Shown in pieces: positions 31,236-41,323 of a stretch of DNA of 64,000 nucleotides (within the stretch, counting starts at the first letter, position 1; each line of letters starts with the position of its first letter). The notes below the pieces were generated by a model. It saw nothing but the letters and a program-made list of their open reading frames with translations, had not been told where the DNA came from and ran no database searches. The position numbers and the translations under genes were made by a program. The stretch lies in contig OY760907.1 of NCBI GenBank assembly GCA_963664195.1, forward strand, positions 3,104,001-3,168,000. Direction: 5' to 3'. The DNA is from an uncultured candidate division Zixibacteria bacterium (lineage in GTDB: Bacteria > Zixibacteria > MSB-5A5 > GN15 > FEB-12).

Positions 31236-32369
31236 ATGAACATCATCATTCGGACAGACGCCTCCAACCAGATCGGTACCGGTCATGCGATGCGATGTCT
31301 CACGCTCTCGGAGTATCTGCGAGACGAAGGTTGCACCGTGAGTTTTGTCTGTCGCGAACATCCGGGACATTTGGGTGAAATCATCACGGGGCGTGGTTTT
31401 TCCGTTCATATGCTGCCATTCCCGGAATCGCCGGTTGCGAGTGATGACCCCGACAACTACGCAGCCTGGCTGTCTGTGTCTCAGCGGGTCGATGCTCAGG
31501 AGACGGCTGGTTATCTGATTGAGAACAGAATCAGACCCGACTGGCTGATTTCCGATCATTACGCTTTGGATGTCGAGTGGGAGATGATGCTACGTGCTCA
31601 TGCCAATCGACTGATGGTCATTGACGATCTGGCCAATCGTCGCCACGACTGCGATTTGCTTCTTGATCAGAATTACTATGATGATCTTGACGTGCGGTAC
31701 GATTCGGTTGTGACCGATGCCTGTCACCTGCTTCTGGGGCCAGGGTATGCGATTTTGAGGAAGGAGTTTCTCAGGGCCAAGCAAGAGGCGTCACGGGTGC
31801 GGGATGGTTCGATCAGACGTATGTTGGTGTTTTTCGGCGGATGCGACTCTACGAATGAGACCGGCAAAGTGTTGGCCGCGTTGCGCGAGTGGTCGATGAC
31901 GAACGTTGCTGTCGATGTGGTGGTGGGGCTGTCAAACCCGCTTCGGGAGCAGATCAAGCGGGAGTGCGACGAGATATCCTCGGTGATGTTTCATTGCCAG
32001 GTTGACTACATGGCTGAGCTGATGAGCAAGGCGGATCTTGCCTTTGGCGGTGGGGGCACAGCGACGTGGGAGCGGTGTTTTCTCGGATTGCCGTGTGTTA
32101 CTATTGAAGTGGCGGACAACCAACGTATCATGCTTGAGGCGCTCGACAGGCAGGGGTCGATTCGACATCTGGGATATCATGGGAAAGTGACGCCGAAGAT
32201 GATCGCAAGCGAGATGGACTTTTTGCTGGCTCGGCCAGAGACGGTGAAGTTGATGAGCGAGCAGGCGGTGAATCTCGTCGGAGACCCGGGTGGTGATGGA
32301 CGATGTCCGGTCGTGAAGACGATTATGGGCTTCCCTGAGACTATCGGGAAGCGGATGCCGGAACAATGA
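31236..32369 (+). CDS. pseG: UDP-2,4-diacetamido-2,4,6-trideoxy-beta-L-altropyranose hydrolase
   Basis: RTDAS.QIGTGHAMRCL, DHY, IDDLANR and ADNQ motifs. Confidence 0.9.
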   Translation: MNIIIRTDASNQIGTGHAMRCLTLSEYLRDEGCTVSFVCREHPGHLGEIITGRGFSVHMLPFPESPVASDDPDNYAAWLSVSQRVDAQETAGYLIENRIRPDWLISDHYALDVEWEMMLRAHANRLMVIDDLANRRHDCDLLLDQNYYDDLDVRYDSVVTDACHLLLGPGYAILRKEFLRAKQEASRVRDGSIRRMLVFFGGCDSTNETGKVLAALREWSMTNVAVDVVVGLSNPLREQIKRECDEISSVMFHCQVDYMAELMSKADLAFGGGGTATWERCFLGLPCVTIEVADNQRIMLEALDRQGSIRHLGYHGKVTPKMIASEMDFLLARPETVKLMSEQAVNLVGDPGGDGRCPVVKTIMGFPETIGKRMPEQ

Positions 32370-32409
32370 CGTACTCGGGATGAGTACTTGATGTTGAGAG
32401 GTTAGGGCT

Positions 32410-32985
32410 ATGGAACTTAGATTTAGAAACATCACCGACGATGACCTTGAGATGATCATGAACTGGCGTACTATGCCAGAGGTCAGTGCGTACATGTACA
32501 CCGATTTTGAGCCGGACATTGGAAAGCAACGGGCCTGGTTCAAGTCGGTAAGTGTAAACAACAAGCGGCTGGACTGGGTGATCGTTGTCGACGGTGAAGA
32601 TGTCGGCCTGGTATCCATTGTCGGCATAGACCGTGTCAACCGACGGTGCGAATGGGCGTACTATCTGGCGTCCCCCAGCGTACGAGGCAAAGGGATCGGC
32701 AAGAGTGTGGAAATGAATATGCTCGCGTATGTTTTTGAAACGCTTGATCTGAACAAGCTTTGCTGCGAAGTGTTCTGCTCAAACGAGATCGTTATCAAGA
32801 TTCATGAGAAGTATGGCTCTGTCGTGGAGGGCACCCGCCGTCAGCATATCTTCAAAGATGGTCAATTTCACGATATCGTGCAGATGGGTATTCTGCGCGA
32901 GGACTGGGAGAAGAATGTTAAGGGCAAGGTGGAGCACGTCAAGGCTGAGTTTGATACTCCGGACAAGGAGGCTCTGAATGGCTAG
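32410..32985 (+). CDS. pseH: GNAT N-acyltransferase (PseH-like)
   Basis: WRTMPEVSAYMY, KLCCEV and IKIHEKYG motifs; located in the pse cluster. Confidence 0.82.
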   Translation: MELRFRNITDDDLEMIMNWRTMPEVSAYMYTDFEPDIGKQRAWFKSVSVNNKRLDWVIVVDGEDVGLVSIVGIDRVNRRCEWAYYLASPSVRGKGIGKSVEMNMLAYVFETLDLNKLCCEVFCSNEIVIKIHEKYGSVVEGTRRQHIFKDGQFHDIVQMGILREDWEKNVKGKVEHVKAEFDTPDKEALNG

Positions 32986-33394
32986 CAAGACGTATGATGA
33001 ACTGGCAGTCGGAGATGTTGCTGAGATGTCCAAGACGATTGCCGAATCCGATGTCTACCTCTACGCCGGTATTACGGGTGACATGAACCCTGCTCATACA
33101 AATGAAGTATGGGCACAAAACACTGTGTTTGAGAAGCGGATAGTGCACGGTATGTTGCTGTGTGGTCTGATCTCAGGAGTTCTTGGAAACCAAATCCCCG
33201 GCAACGGGACTATATATATGTCGCAGAGTGTGAAGTTTCTTGCTCCCGTGTATTTCGGAGATACAATCACCGCCCGGGTGGAGGTCACCGAGAAGAAGGA
33301 GAAAAAGCGTGTGGTGCTCAAGACTACTTGCACGAATCAGGACGGTGTCGTTGTGGTAGACGGCGAAGCACTGGTTTCGCCTCCCCGCAAGTGA
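32978..33394 (+). CDS. MaoC family (R)-specific enoyl-CoA hydratase
   Basis: Hydratase-2 motif YAGITGDMNPAH and RIVHGML. Confidence 0.88.
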   Translation: MASKTYDELAVGDVAEMSKTIAESDVYLYAGITGDMNPAHTNEVWAQNTVFEKRIVHGMLLCGLISGVLGNQIPGNGTIYMSQSVKFLAPVYFGDTITARVEVTEKKEKKRVVLKTTCTNQDGVVVVDGEALVSPPRK

Positions 33395-33423
33395 CTGAGA
33401 AGCCGAATAGTGGAGCAGGTTAT

Positions 33424-34467
33424 ATGAGAATCGGGAATCGCGAGATTGGGCCGGGGCGACCGCCTTTTGTTGTGGCAGAATTATCAGGCAATCACAACCA
33501 GTCGCTCGACCGTGCTCTGGAGCTTGTTGATGCTGCAGCCGATGCCGGTGCACATGGAGTCAAACTCCAGACGTATACCGCGGACACGATGACTTTGGAT
33601 ATTCGTGAGGGCGATTTTCTGATCTCGGATCCCGACAGTCTCTGGAAAGGTCGGACGCTGTACGATCTTTACGACGAAGCTCACACACCTTGGGACTGGC
33701 ACGGAGCGATTTTCAAACGATGCCATGAGAGGGGAATCATCGGGTTCAGCACGCCGTTCGATGCAACCGCCGTGGGGTTCCTTGAGGAGCTCGACGTTCC
33801 CTGCTACAAGATTGCCTCGTTTGAGAACACTGACCTTCCGTTGATTCGCAGAGTTGCTTCGACGGGCAAGCCGGTGATCATATCGACCGGAATGGCGACT
33901 GTGGATGAGTTGGGGGAGACAGTGGATGCCGTCCGCAAGGCTGGATGCACCGACCTGTTGTTCCTTAAGTGCACGAGCGCGTATCCGGCGCGTCCCGATG
34001 CTGCGAATCTACGCACGATTGCCGATCTGCGCGAGAGGTTTGACGTGGAGGTCGGTCTGTCGGATCACACTATGGGGTTGGGAGTGTCATTGGCGGCAGT
34101 CGCACTTGGTGCGACATTCATCGAAAAGCACTTCACGTTGTCGCGTGCCGACGGTGGAGTGGATTCGGCCTTTTCGCTTGAGCCTGAAGAGATGAAAGCG
34201 CTTGTTGAGGAGTCAGAGAAGGCATGGGAGTCTCTGGGCACGGTCAGTTACGAACTGACGGAAAAAGAGAAGAAGTCCATTGCGTTCAGACGATCGTTGT
34301 ATTTTGTCCGCGATTTGCAGGCCGGAGCGGTGTTGACCGAGGGTGACTTTCGTGCCATACGTCCCGGCGCCGGACTGTCACCGAAACACTTCGACGAACT
34401 GCTAGGCAAGAGACTGAAGGCAGATGTGACGATGGGAACACCGGTCTCTATGGATATTGTTGAGTGA
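33424..34467 (+). CDS. pseI: Pseudaminic acid synthase
   Basis: AELSGNHN, KLQTY, KIASFE, GLSDHT and EKHFT motifs plus C-terminal SAF domain RRSLY..IRPG. Confidence 0.92.
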   Translation: MRIGNREIGPGRPPFVVAELSGNHNQSLDRALELVDAAADAGAHGVKLQTYTADTMTLDIREGDFLISDPDSLWKGRTLYDLYDEAHTPWDWHGAIFKRCHERGIIGFSTPFDATAVGFLEELDVPCYKIASFENTDLPLIRRVASTGKPVIISTGMATVDELGETVDAVRKAGCTDLLFLKCTSAYPARPDAANLRTIADLRERFDVEVGLSDHTMGLGVSLAAVALGATFIEKHFTLSRADGGVDSAFSLEPEEMKALVEESEKAWESLGTVSYELTEKEKKSIAFRRSLYFVRDLQAGAVLTEGDFRAIRPGAGLSPKHFDELLGKRLKADVTMGTPVSMDIVE

Positions 34468-34617
34468 AGAATCTGTTCGGTAATTCTCAGACCGTCTTCT
34501 GCTGGATTAGGAAGCATATGCGGACATTTTGCAGTTGTGTGGTCTGTGTGCCAAGGTTTGTCTACGTGCTGACTATCGTTCGTCAGATGTCTTGTCATCG
34601 CCACACGGGGACAGCAT

Positions 34618-35922
34618 ATGCGACATGATGGAAGAATCACACAGCTTCTCAAGGAGCTGTTTCGTAGAGTTGTTCCTCGGGGAACGGTTCGTCGAATCTA
34701 CAGACAAATGGTCTTGGACTACATAGGCGGCTTGTCTCCCGAATACGATCCCTCGCGCAAGACGATCCTCGCGATCAACCACTACTACGATCAGGATCTT
34801 CGGGCCCTACAAAACGCGAACACGCGGTTCAATTTCGTGGTTGTGGATTTTGAAGTTCTGTTCAAGATCGGACGACTCTACTTCTCGAAGCCCGTCAGGG
34901 AAATGATGGCGCCTTACGATGAGGAACCGGCGGAGATTCGCGAGGGCTACAGGGACGAATGCCGTGTGATGTTCCACGACCTGCGCAGACGATTCCAGCC
35001 CGACGTCATCCTGACTCCGAGCGATAGCTTTGCGTTCATTCGTGAGTTTATAGCGGTCGGCCATGAAAACAATATCGGCACGGTTGTGTACGACAAGGAG
35101 GGGACGCTTTCTCCGTACGGCTTCAGGGCTGTTGCGGACTGGAAAAAACGGTTTGCTCCCCACATATCGGACAACGTGCTGGTCTGGAGCGAGCGCCAAC
35201 GAGAGTTTTATGAGTCGATTGGTGTTGCTCATGAGGATATAGCAATTGTGGGGCAGGCCAGATCTGATCTGTTCTTCACTGAGCACAAGAAGGATATTGA
35301 CAGTTACTTTCCCAAAGAACAACCGTTGATAGGTATCTTCACCTACCATGATACCGCCTACATACCTCGCGAACTGGTCTCGGAAGGGGTGTCCTGGCGA
35401 CAGCAGAAGATGGACACGCTTGATGACATGTTGGCTGCCGCAAAGGAGCATCCTGAGTTCAATTTCCTCGTCAAGGCTCATCCTCAGCAGTTAGATATAA
35501 AGGACCTCCAGAAGCGTTATGAATTGGAGAATCTGAAGGTGATTGGAGGAGCCGCTATAGCCAATGAGCTGATACAACGGTCGGAACTGATCGTAGCTTT
35601 TCAAACGACCTCAGTGACCGAGGCTATGTTCATGAACAAGCGGGTGATCTACACCGCATGGGATGCGAATTGCGCTACGCTTCAGCACGAACTTGTGCCC
35701 TTCCACGCGGCCAGGGGCATCATCATTGCCGAGTCGCGGAGACAATTCAAGGAAGTCTGCGACCGATTCTTTGCCGGCGATGTCAGCGACTTTGAGTTCT
35801 CACCCGAGGAAATCGCGGCGCGGGATGAGTTTGTGAATGCCCACCTGTATAGGCCTGACGGTCATGTTGCTGAAAGAGTACTTGACGAATTGGACAGGTT
35901 TCTCACCAGAGAGTCTCAATGA
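34618..35922 (+). CDS. Putative GT-B glycosyltransferase (possible nonulosonate transferase)
   Basis: YDKEG, VGQARSD, LVKAHP and TTSVTEAM motifs; follows pseI. Confidence 0.6.
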   Translation: MRHDGRITQLLKELFRRVVPRGTVRRIYRQMVLDYIGGLSPEYDPSRKTILAINHYYDQDLRALQNANTRFNFVVVDFEVLFKIGRLYFSKPVREMMAPYDEEPAEIREGYRDECRVMFHDLRRRFQPDVILTPSDSFAFIREFIAVGHENNIGTVVYDKEGTLSPYGFRAVADWKKRFAPHISDNVLVWSERQREFYESIGVAHEDIAIVGQARSDLFFTEHKKDIDSYFPKEQPLIGIFTYHDTAYIPRELVSEGVSWRQQKMDTLDDMLAAAKEHPEFNFLVKAHPQQLDIKDLQKRYELENLKVIGGAAIANELIQRSELIVAFQTTSVTEAMFMNKRVIYTAWDANCATLQHELVPFHAARGIIIAESRRQFKEVCDRFFAGDVSDFEFSPEEIAARDEFVNAHLYRPDGHVAERVLDELDRFLTRESQ

Positions 35923-35932
35923 TAGATCGACT

Positions 35933-37474
35933 ATGATCGAATCCAGCGCTATATATGTGAAAGATGTATTCATCAATCCGTTCCAGGTGCACGTGGAGAT
36001 ACACGATTCGCCCGTCGAGATACACGGCAACGATCTGTTGTTCGGCTTTCCTCTTTGTGAGGAGCCTCTCTTGAGAGATCGCGTCTCCGGTGTGCAGGAT
36101 GTCCTGAGTACGGCGCGGGGTCGTCTCGCGTGTGTAACTGTGACGGATCGTTACGTGTCGGTGGCCACGGACATCGTTGGGAGTTATCGCCTCTATTTCT
36201 GCCAGATCGGGCAGGACATTTACATTTCAGACACCTATAGGCCGTTGCTGGAGCGTATGAAAAAGGACTCGCCGCTCGCTCTTGACCGACATGAACACCA
36301 ATACTGGCAACGTCACGGTTACACTACCGGTGGGTCGACCCTCGTGCCGGGTTTGCACAAAGTGCCACCGGCCTCGATCTTGGAGATCAGTGCAGCCGGG
36401 GTTGCAATTCGATCGTATTTTGCTGACGATGCCAATGATCCTGACCCGGTAGCCCACTGTCAGGCATTTGAAAGTGAACTCCAGCAGACGATTTACCTTC
36501 TGTCCAGGACGGAACGCAAAGCTGTACTGTGTTTCTCAGGAGGCGCTGATTCTACGTTGTTGGCGGTGATGATGAAAGAGCAGGGGGTCGATTATGACCT
36601 CGTCTTCTTCAGGCCGGTTCCATCGATTGCAGTCAATGAGTCCGATCTAATCAGGGCGAAGATCGTGGCCGATCAACTGGGCAAAGAACTTGTCGAAATC
36701 GAAGTGTTGTTGACTCCCAAAGTCGAAAGATATCGGCCGGTTGTCAGACAAATGCTCTTTGACAGACATTTTGCCGTACTTCATTTCGAAGCGCTGCGAA
36801 AAGTGAGAGATATCTACGGGACCGGCATTCTTGTGGTGAATGGCCAGGGGAGTGATTCAATTCTGTCCTTTGGTCCCTCTATGCCTAACAAAGGCGATCT
36901 TGCTGCTCGGTTGTTGCTGAACAAGCCGTTCGGTTGGTTGGCTCGCATGGCGGCTCTGTCGGTACGGTTGAAATTCGGTCAGCCCTGCCGTATACCCGGG
37001 AATCGAGACGAGTTTCGAGCTGCGTTCTTTGATCAGAAGGGATACTTCACCGTTATAGAGCCGGAGCTGTCTCGCGGTTATCGGAAGTTCATACACGAGA
37101 TCATCACGGATCTGGCTTCGAGGTTTGAGCATGAGGCGTCACTGTTGATGTACCTTAAAGTGTACGGGTTCATTCAGGGGAGTGATTTGCAGGTTGTGAT
37201 CCGGTCCGCCTGTGCGGCCGGATTGAAATCGACAGTGCTGCCGTTTGCCACGCCCGGTGTGATTCAAAGTACGATCAGGCTCAGGGATTCGTCGAAGGAT
37301 GTCTTCCATCCTAAGTACGCAATCCAGAGAGCTCTGGAGAACCGGGGATACTCGGCGCCAACGACAAGATCGACGGCTCCTCGGTCAGAGGCGAACTGGT
37401 TCGATAGACTCAGTAAGGGGCTGGACCGACTATACGCCGAGGAAGTCGAGGCTTTGTTTGCCGCGCAGGCATAG
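35933..37474 (+). CDS. Asparagine synthase-related (PP-loop) amidotransferase-like protein
   Basis: FSGGADS PP-loop, VNGQGSD and degenerate GATase-like N-half (TDIVGSYRLY, HKVPP). Confidence 0.7.
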   Translation: MIESSAIYVKDVFINPFQVHVEIHDSPVEIHGNDLLFGFPLCEEPLLRDRVSGVQDVLSTARGRLACVTVTDRYVSVATDIVGSYRLYFCQIGQDIYISDTYRPLLERMKKDSPLALDRHEHQYWQRHGYTTGGSTLVPGLHKVPPASILEISAAGVAIRSYFADDANDPDPVAHCQAFESELQQTIYLLSRTERKAVLCFSGGADSTLLAVMMKEQGVDYDLVFFRPVPSIAVNESDLIRAKIVADQLGKELVEIEVLLTPKVERYRPVVRQMLFDRHFAVLHFEALRKVRDIYGTGILVVNGQGSDSILSFGPSMPNKGDLAARLLLNKPFGWLARMAALSVRLKFGQPCRIPGNRDEFRAAFFDQKGYFTVIEPELSRGYRKFIHEIITDLASRFEHEASLLMYLKVYGFIQGSDLQVVIRSACAAGLKSTVLPFATPGVIQSTIRLRDSSKDVFHPKYAIQRALENRGYSAPTTRSTAPRSEANWFDRLSKGLDRLYAEEVEALFAAQA

Positions 37475-37486
37475 GATCGGATACGA

Positions 37487-39019
37487 ATGAAACGACTCTT
37501 CAACAACACGCTGATGACACTGTTCGACTACTGCGTATTGGTCGTCCTCAGTATCATCGCAACGCCAATCCTTATCGAGAACTTCGGTGTGGATGGTTAC
37601 GGCGCGTTTGTGTTCTTGAGTATTTTCAGCATCTATGGAGCCCTTGCTGTGTTCGATCTGGGCATGGAAGGTGCCCTGATGAACTACACGGCCAGGTTTG
37701 AAGTTGCCGGCGATCATCAGAAGATGCAGGACGCCCTTGCCGTGACCATTGTCTATTACGGGTTGATAGGTGCTGTGCTCGGTGTGGCGCTTCACTTCGT
37801 GGCCGGTTTTGTCGCATCGCACCTTCTGAAAGACGGCTCGACAGTCAGTGTGGATTCTGTTCTTGCGGCGATCAATGTCGTTTCCTGGGTGGTGTTTCTC
37901 CAGTACCTTTCGGTGCCACTCACGGCTGCCTTGCAGGGCATGCGGAAGTATGTCATCACCAAGACGGTCAATTCGGTGATGAATCTGATCCGGTACACTC
38001 TGCTGATTGCTGTTGCCGTATTGACTCGTCGGATTGATCTGGCATTCATGATTGTGCTTGCAATGACAGTCGTTCGAATACTCATTCTCCTGTACTACAT
38101 TCTGGCGAGATCGCCCCAGTACAGCGGGATGCGACTGCGTGTAGATATGGCGGTGTTCCGCACGCTGTTTTCGTACAGCTCAATCCTGTTTGTTACGAGG
38201 ATTATCGGGCTCATTCACAACCAGTTGCCCAAGGTACTAATCTGGTACTACATGGCGGTTGCAGTAATAACTACGTATGATGTTGTGGCGCGTCCCTCGA
38301 TGATGCTGCGCGTTGTTTTCGGCGTAATTACTGCGGCGGTGATTCCCGAAGTTGCAATGCTGCACGAACGCAAGGATACGACTGCCATCTTCTCGCTATA
38401 CAAGAATCTAATTCGCTATGCCTATCTTATCATTCTGCCCCTCTTGGCAGTTTTGTTCGCCCATATCGATACGTTGCTGTCTGTTTGGGTGGGGGAGGCG
38501 TTTGAATCAGATTCATACCTGGCTCTGATTCTTCTGGCAGTCTATCTTGTCATACCCGCACCGGCAATTGCCAGCACCATGGTCGTGGGGTTGGAACAGG
38601 TCCGTCAGACGATCTGGATTCCGATCGTCGCCACCGTGATCAATGTCGTCCTTTCAATAATCCTGCTTCAGCATATCGGCCTCGCCGGACTACTGATCGC
38701 ATCGTTGTGTGCACAGGCGTTCAATGTTGTGCCTTACGTGAGATTCATGAAACGATTCCTGGGCTTCTCGTATCGGGACATAGTTCTTCCCGTGCTGCCG
38801 GCATGGGGACTGGCACTCGGGTTCTACTTTCTGAACCTGTTAGTGAGATTTGTCGGAGCGAGACATCACATTGTGTTGCTGGCAATTGCGGGTTGTCTGG
38901 CTCTGGTCAACTATGGGCTGTACTATTGGTTTTTGTTGTCCTCCGAGGAAAGGGCTTTCCTATGGGAACGCTTTGGGAAAGTCGCAGTCCGCCTGAGGGG
39001 TGCGTCAGGAGCGAACTGA
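37487..39019 (+). CDS. wzx: Wzx oligosaccharide flippase
   Basis: Many hydrophobic helices; FGVDGYG and FDLGM motifs. Confidence 0.85.
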   Translation: MKRLFNNTLMTLFDYCVLVVLSIIATPILIENFGVDGYGAFVFLSIFSIYGALAVFDLGMEGALMNYTARFEVAGDHQKMQDALAVTIVYYGLIGAVLGVALHFVAGFVASHLLKDGSTVSVDSVLAAINVVSWVVFLQYLSVPLTAALQGMRKYVITKTVNSVMNLIRYTLLIAVAVLTRRIDLAFMIVLAMTVVRILILLYYILARSPQYSGMRLRVDMAVFRTLFSYSSILFVTRIIGLIHNQLPKVLIWYYMAVAVITTYDVVARPSMMLRVVFGVITAAVIPEVAMLHERKDTTAIFSLYKNLIRYAYLIILPLLAVLFAHIDTLLSVWVGEAFESDSYLALILLAVYLVIPAPAIASTMVVGLEQVRQTIWIPIVATVINVVLSIILLQHIGLAGLLIASLCAQAFNVVPYVRFMKRFLGFSYRDIVLPVLPAWGLALGFYFLNLLVRFVGARHHIVLLAIAGCLALVNYGLYYWFLLSSEERAFLWERFGKVAVRLRGASGAN

Positions 39020-39157
39020 CTCAATTCCCCAAGGCAGGGGAGTTGAGATTCTTGTTGCGTCACAACGGGAACCGCTTTAGTGTGAATAGCTTATGTGCGT
39101 TTTTAACTTCGGTGGCAGATGTGAGAAGGGCACCCCGGCAAAGATCGGGATACCAAG

Positions 39158-39883
39158 GTGATGATGAGAACACTGATATTGTTGGCAATCGCTATAGTCC
39201 CGTTCAATCGGCTCAGGATCCTCCTGTACAGATCGATTTGTGGATACGATATTTCGTACGACTGCCGTATCGGATTGATGAACCTTTTTAGCGTGAAAGA
39301 CTGCAGTATGGAGGGAGCGGTCATCGGGATTCTTAATCAGATCAAGGTCGAGAAGTTGGTTATGTCCCCAGGGGCAAGCATTGGCAGATTCAATAAGATC
39401 AAGAACGTCAAGAATGTTGCTATGGGGAAAAACGCGGTCGTCAATAATCGCAACAGTATAATGGGTACACCGGCCGGTCTAACGCCCTACAAAGAGTTTG
39501 AAAACTTCTCTCTGGGTCAGGACAGCATAGTGGTGGCAATGCACTACTTCGATCTGTCTGATTCGATCACTATAGGCAGAAATGTGACCATCGGCGGTCG
39601 CAGCACTGAGATATGGACACACGGTTTTGATCTTAATCACGTTAAGATTCAAGCGCCAGTTGAAATCGGAAACGATGTCTACATGGGGTCTCGCTGTTCG
39701 GTGATGCCCGGTGTGACGATTGCTGACAGAGTTTCGATTGGCTCCGGGACTCTGATCCCGAAGAGTGTTACGGAGTCGGGGTACTATGTGTCCTCACAAC
39801 TGATCCGCAAGGGGGATGTGGCAGATTTCACCGAGGAGCCGGGAGTTGTCACGCACAATGGTTACAGGTTTTTGCGAAAGTAG
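39158..39883 (+). CDS. Hexapeptide-repeat (LbH) acyltransferase
   Basis: ITIGRNVTIGG, WTH and VEIGNDVYMG..VMPGV motifs. Confidence 0.82.
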   Translation: MMMRTLILLAIAIVPFNRLRILLYRSICGYDISYDCRIGLMNLFSVKDCSMEGAVIGILNQIKVEKLVMSPGASIGRFNKIKNVKNVAMGKNAVVNNRNSIMGTPAGLTPYKEFENFSLGQDSIVVAMHYFDLSDSITIGRNVTIGGRSTEIWTHGFDLNHVKIQAPVEIGNDVYMGSRCSVMPGVTIADRVSIGSGTLIPKSVTESGYYVSSQLIRKGDVADFTEEPGVVTHNGYRFLRK

Positions 39884-39919
39884 GAGAGACCTGCGCATCA
39901 ACAGGCGTGTGTTATCGCG

Positions 39920-41323
39920 ATGAAGAAGAACCTCGCATTCATCTCGTTGTTCGGATTGACCGAACTCTATCAGGCAATAGCAAGGAAGCTTGAGCCGGAA
40001 GGGTTTTCTGTCTATTGGATTACGACCAATCAATGCTGGACTCACACGTTGTCAGAGAGTGGCATTCCGCGAGACAAGATTCTGGAACTTGTGTATAGCA
40101 GATCGGACTTTCTGTCCGACGAAACCAAGAGCCAGCTTGCGCCTGAAATCGCCCGATGCGAGGAATTGTGCGATCTCACCGTGAATCAGGTGCTGTTAAT
40201 GGACCGGTTCATCTCGGACAAGTACTTTCCCGCTATTGGCGACTATGTGGCTTTGCATTACCGGGACATTAAACGGTTTCTGACCGATCACAAGATCGAT
40301 TGTGTCTTTGCCGAACCTACCAACATGAACGATTTGCTTACTTACATGATCTGTCGCGAACTGGACATTGACTACGTGTCTCCGCGCGATATGAGAATAC
40401 CTGCGGGACACATGGTGTTTTTCGAGGGGTATCAGCAGGAACGTATTGTTCCGCGCTCCGGGGGCGGGCCGGATATCAACGGACGGGAGTTCATCGAGGA
40501 GTTTGCGGAAAAACGCTCCACGCCGTTCTATTTTGAGAAGTTCAAGACGAAGCGTGTGATATATCCGGGGAAGATTTTTAAGGCGATCGGGAGGCGCATC
40601 CAGGCCGCTCGTGTTCTCAAACAGGCCAGCCTTACTCACTACGACGCCTGGGGGAGAGTCAAGCTTACTGCTCGCCGCACGATTGGTTCGTTCTACCTAA
40701 GAAGGATCTGTAAGTACGACCAATTGGCTGATATCCAGGGCAAGATCGCCTACTACGGTCTCCATGTGCAGCCGGAAAACGCGGTCGATGTCCTTGGCTC
40801 CTATCGAAGTGATCAGTTGAAGCTGATCAAGGATATCAGGCGTGCTCTGCCTGTTGATGCCACTCTGGTGATAAAAGAACATCCAAACTTCCTCGGCCAG
40901 AGAACGAGGAGATTCTTCACAGAGCTACGGAACATTCCGAATGTGAAACTCCTGAGGCATGATGTCTCGTCGTTTGACGTTTACAGTCGCGCAGGCCTTG
41001 TGGTTACGATCTCCGGGACGATGGCCTACGAGGCTGGTTTACTCGGGATACCCGCAGTAACCTTGAGCCCGATGTATTTTGGTGGGTTGTCATCCGTGCA
41101 TTACTGCTCTTCACTCGGTGACCTGAAGGAGTTGACGCATCGGCTATTGCAGGGGACTGAACGGGACCAAGATGCGGATTGTGCGGAGATCGAGAGGTTA
41201 GTGGGGCATTCATACAAGGCCTGGTGGAGCGATCCGTACTTCGATCGTTCCTCTTTGTCTGAAGAAAACGTAGATAACCTTGCGCGGGCTTTCCGCACGA
41301 TGCTTTCCGATGATACTCATTAA
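39920..41323 (+). CDS. KpsS-like capsule polysaccharide biosynthesis protein (putative ulosonate transferase)
   Basis: GLHVQPE, IKEHP and TISGTMAYEA motifs. Confidence 0.72.
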   Translation: MKKNLAFISLFGLTELYQAIARKLEPEGFSVYWITTNQCWTHTLSESGIPRDKILELVYSRSDFLSDETKSQLAPEIARCEELCDLTVNQVLLMDRFISDKYFPAIGDYVALHYRDIKRFLTDHKIDCVFAEPTNMNDLLTYMICRELDIDYVSPRDMRIPAGHMVFFEGYQQERIVPRSGGGPDINGREFIEEFAEKRSTPFYFEKFKTKRVIYPGKIFKAIGRRIQAARVLKQASLTHYDAWGRVKLTARRTIGSFYLRRICKYDQLADIQGKIAYYGLHVQPENAVDVLGSYRSDQLKLIKDIRRALPVDATLVIKEHPNFLGQRTRRFFTELRNIPNVKLLRHDVSSFDVYSRAGLVVTISGTMAYEAGLLGIPAVTLSPMYFGGLSSVHYCSSLGDLKELTHRLLQGTERDQDADCAEIERLVGHSYKAWWSDPYFDRSSLSEENVDNLARAFRTMLSDDTH

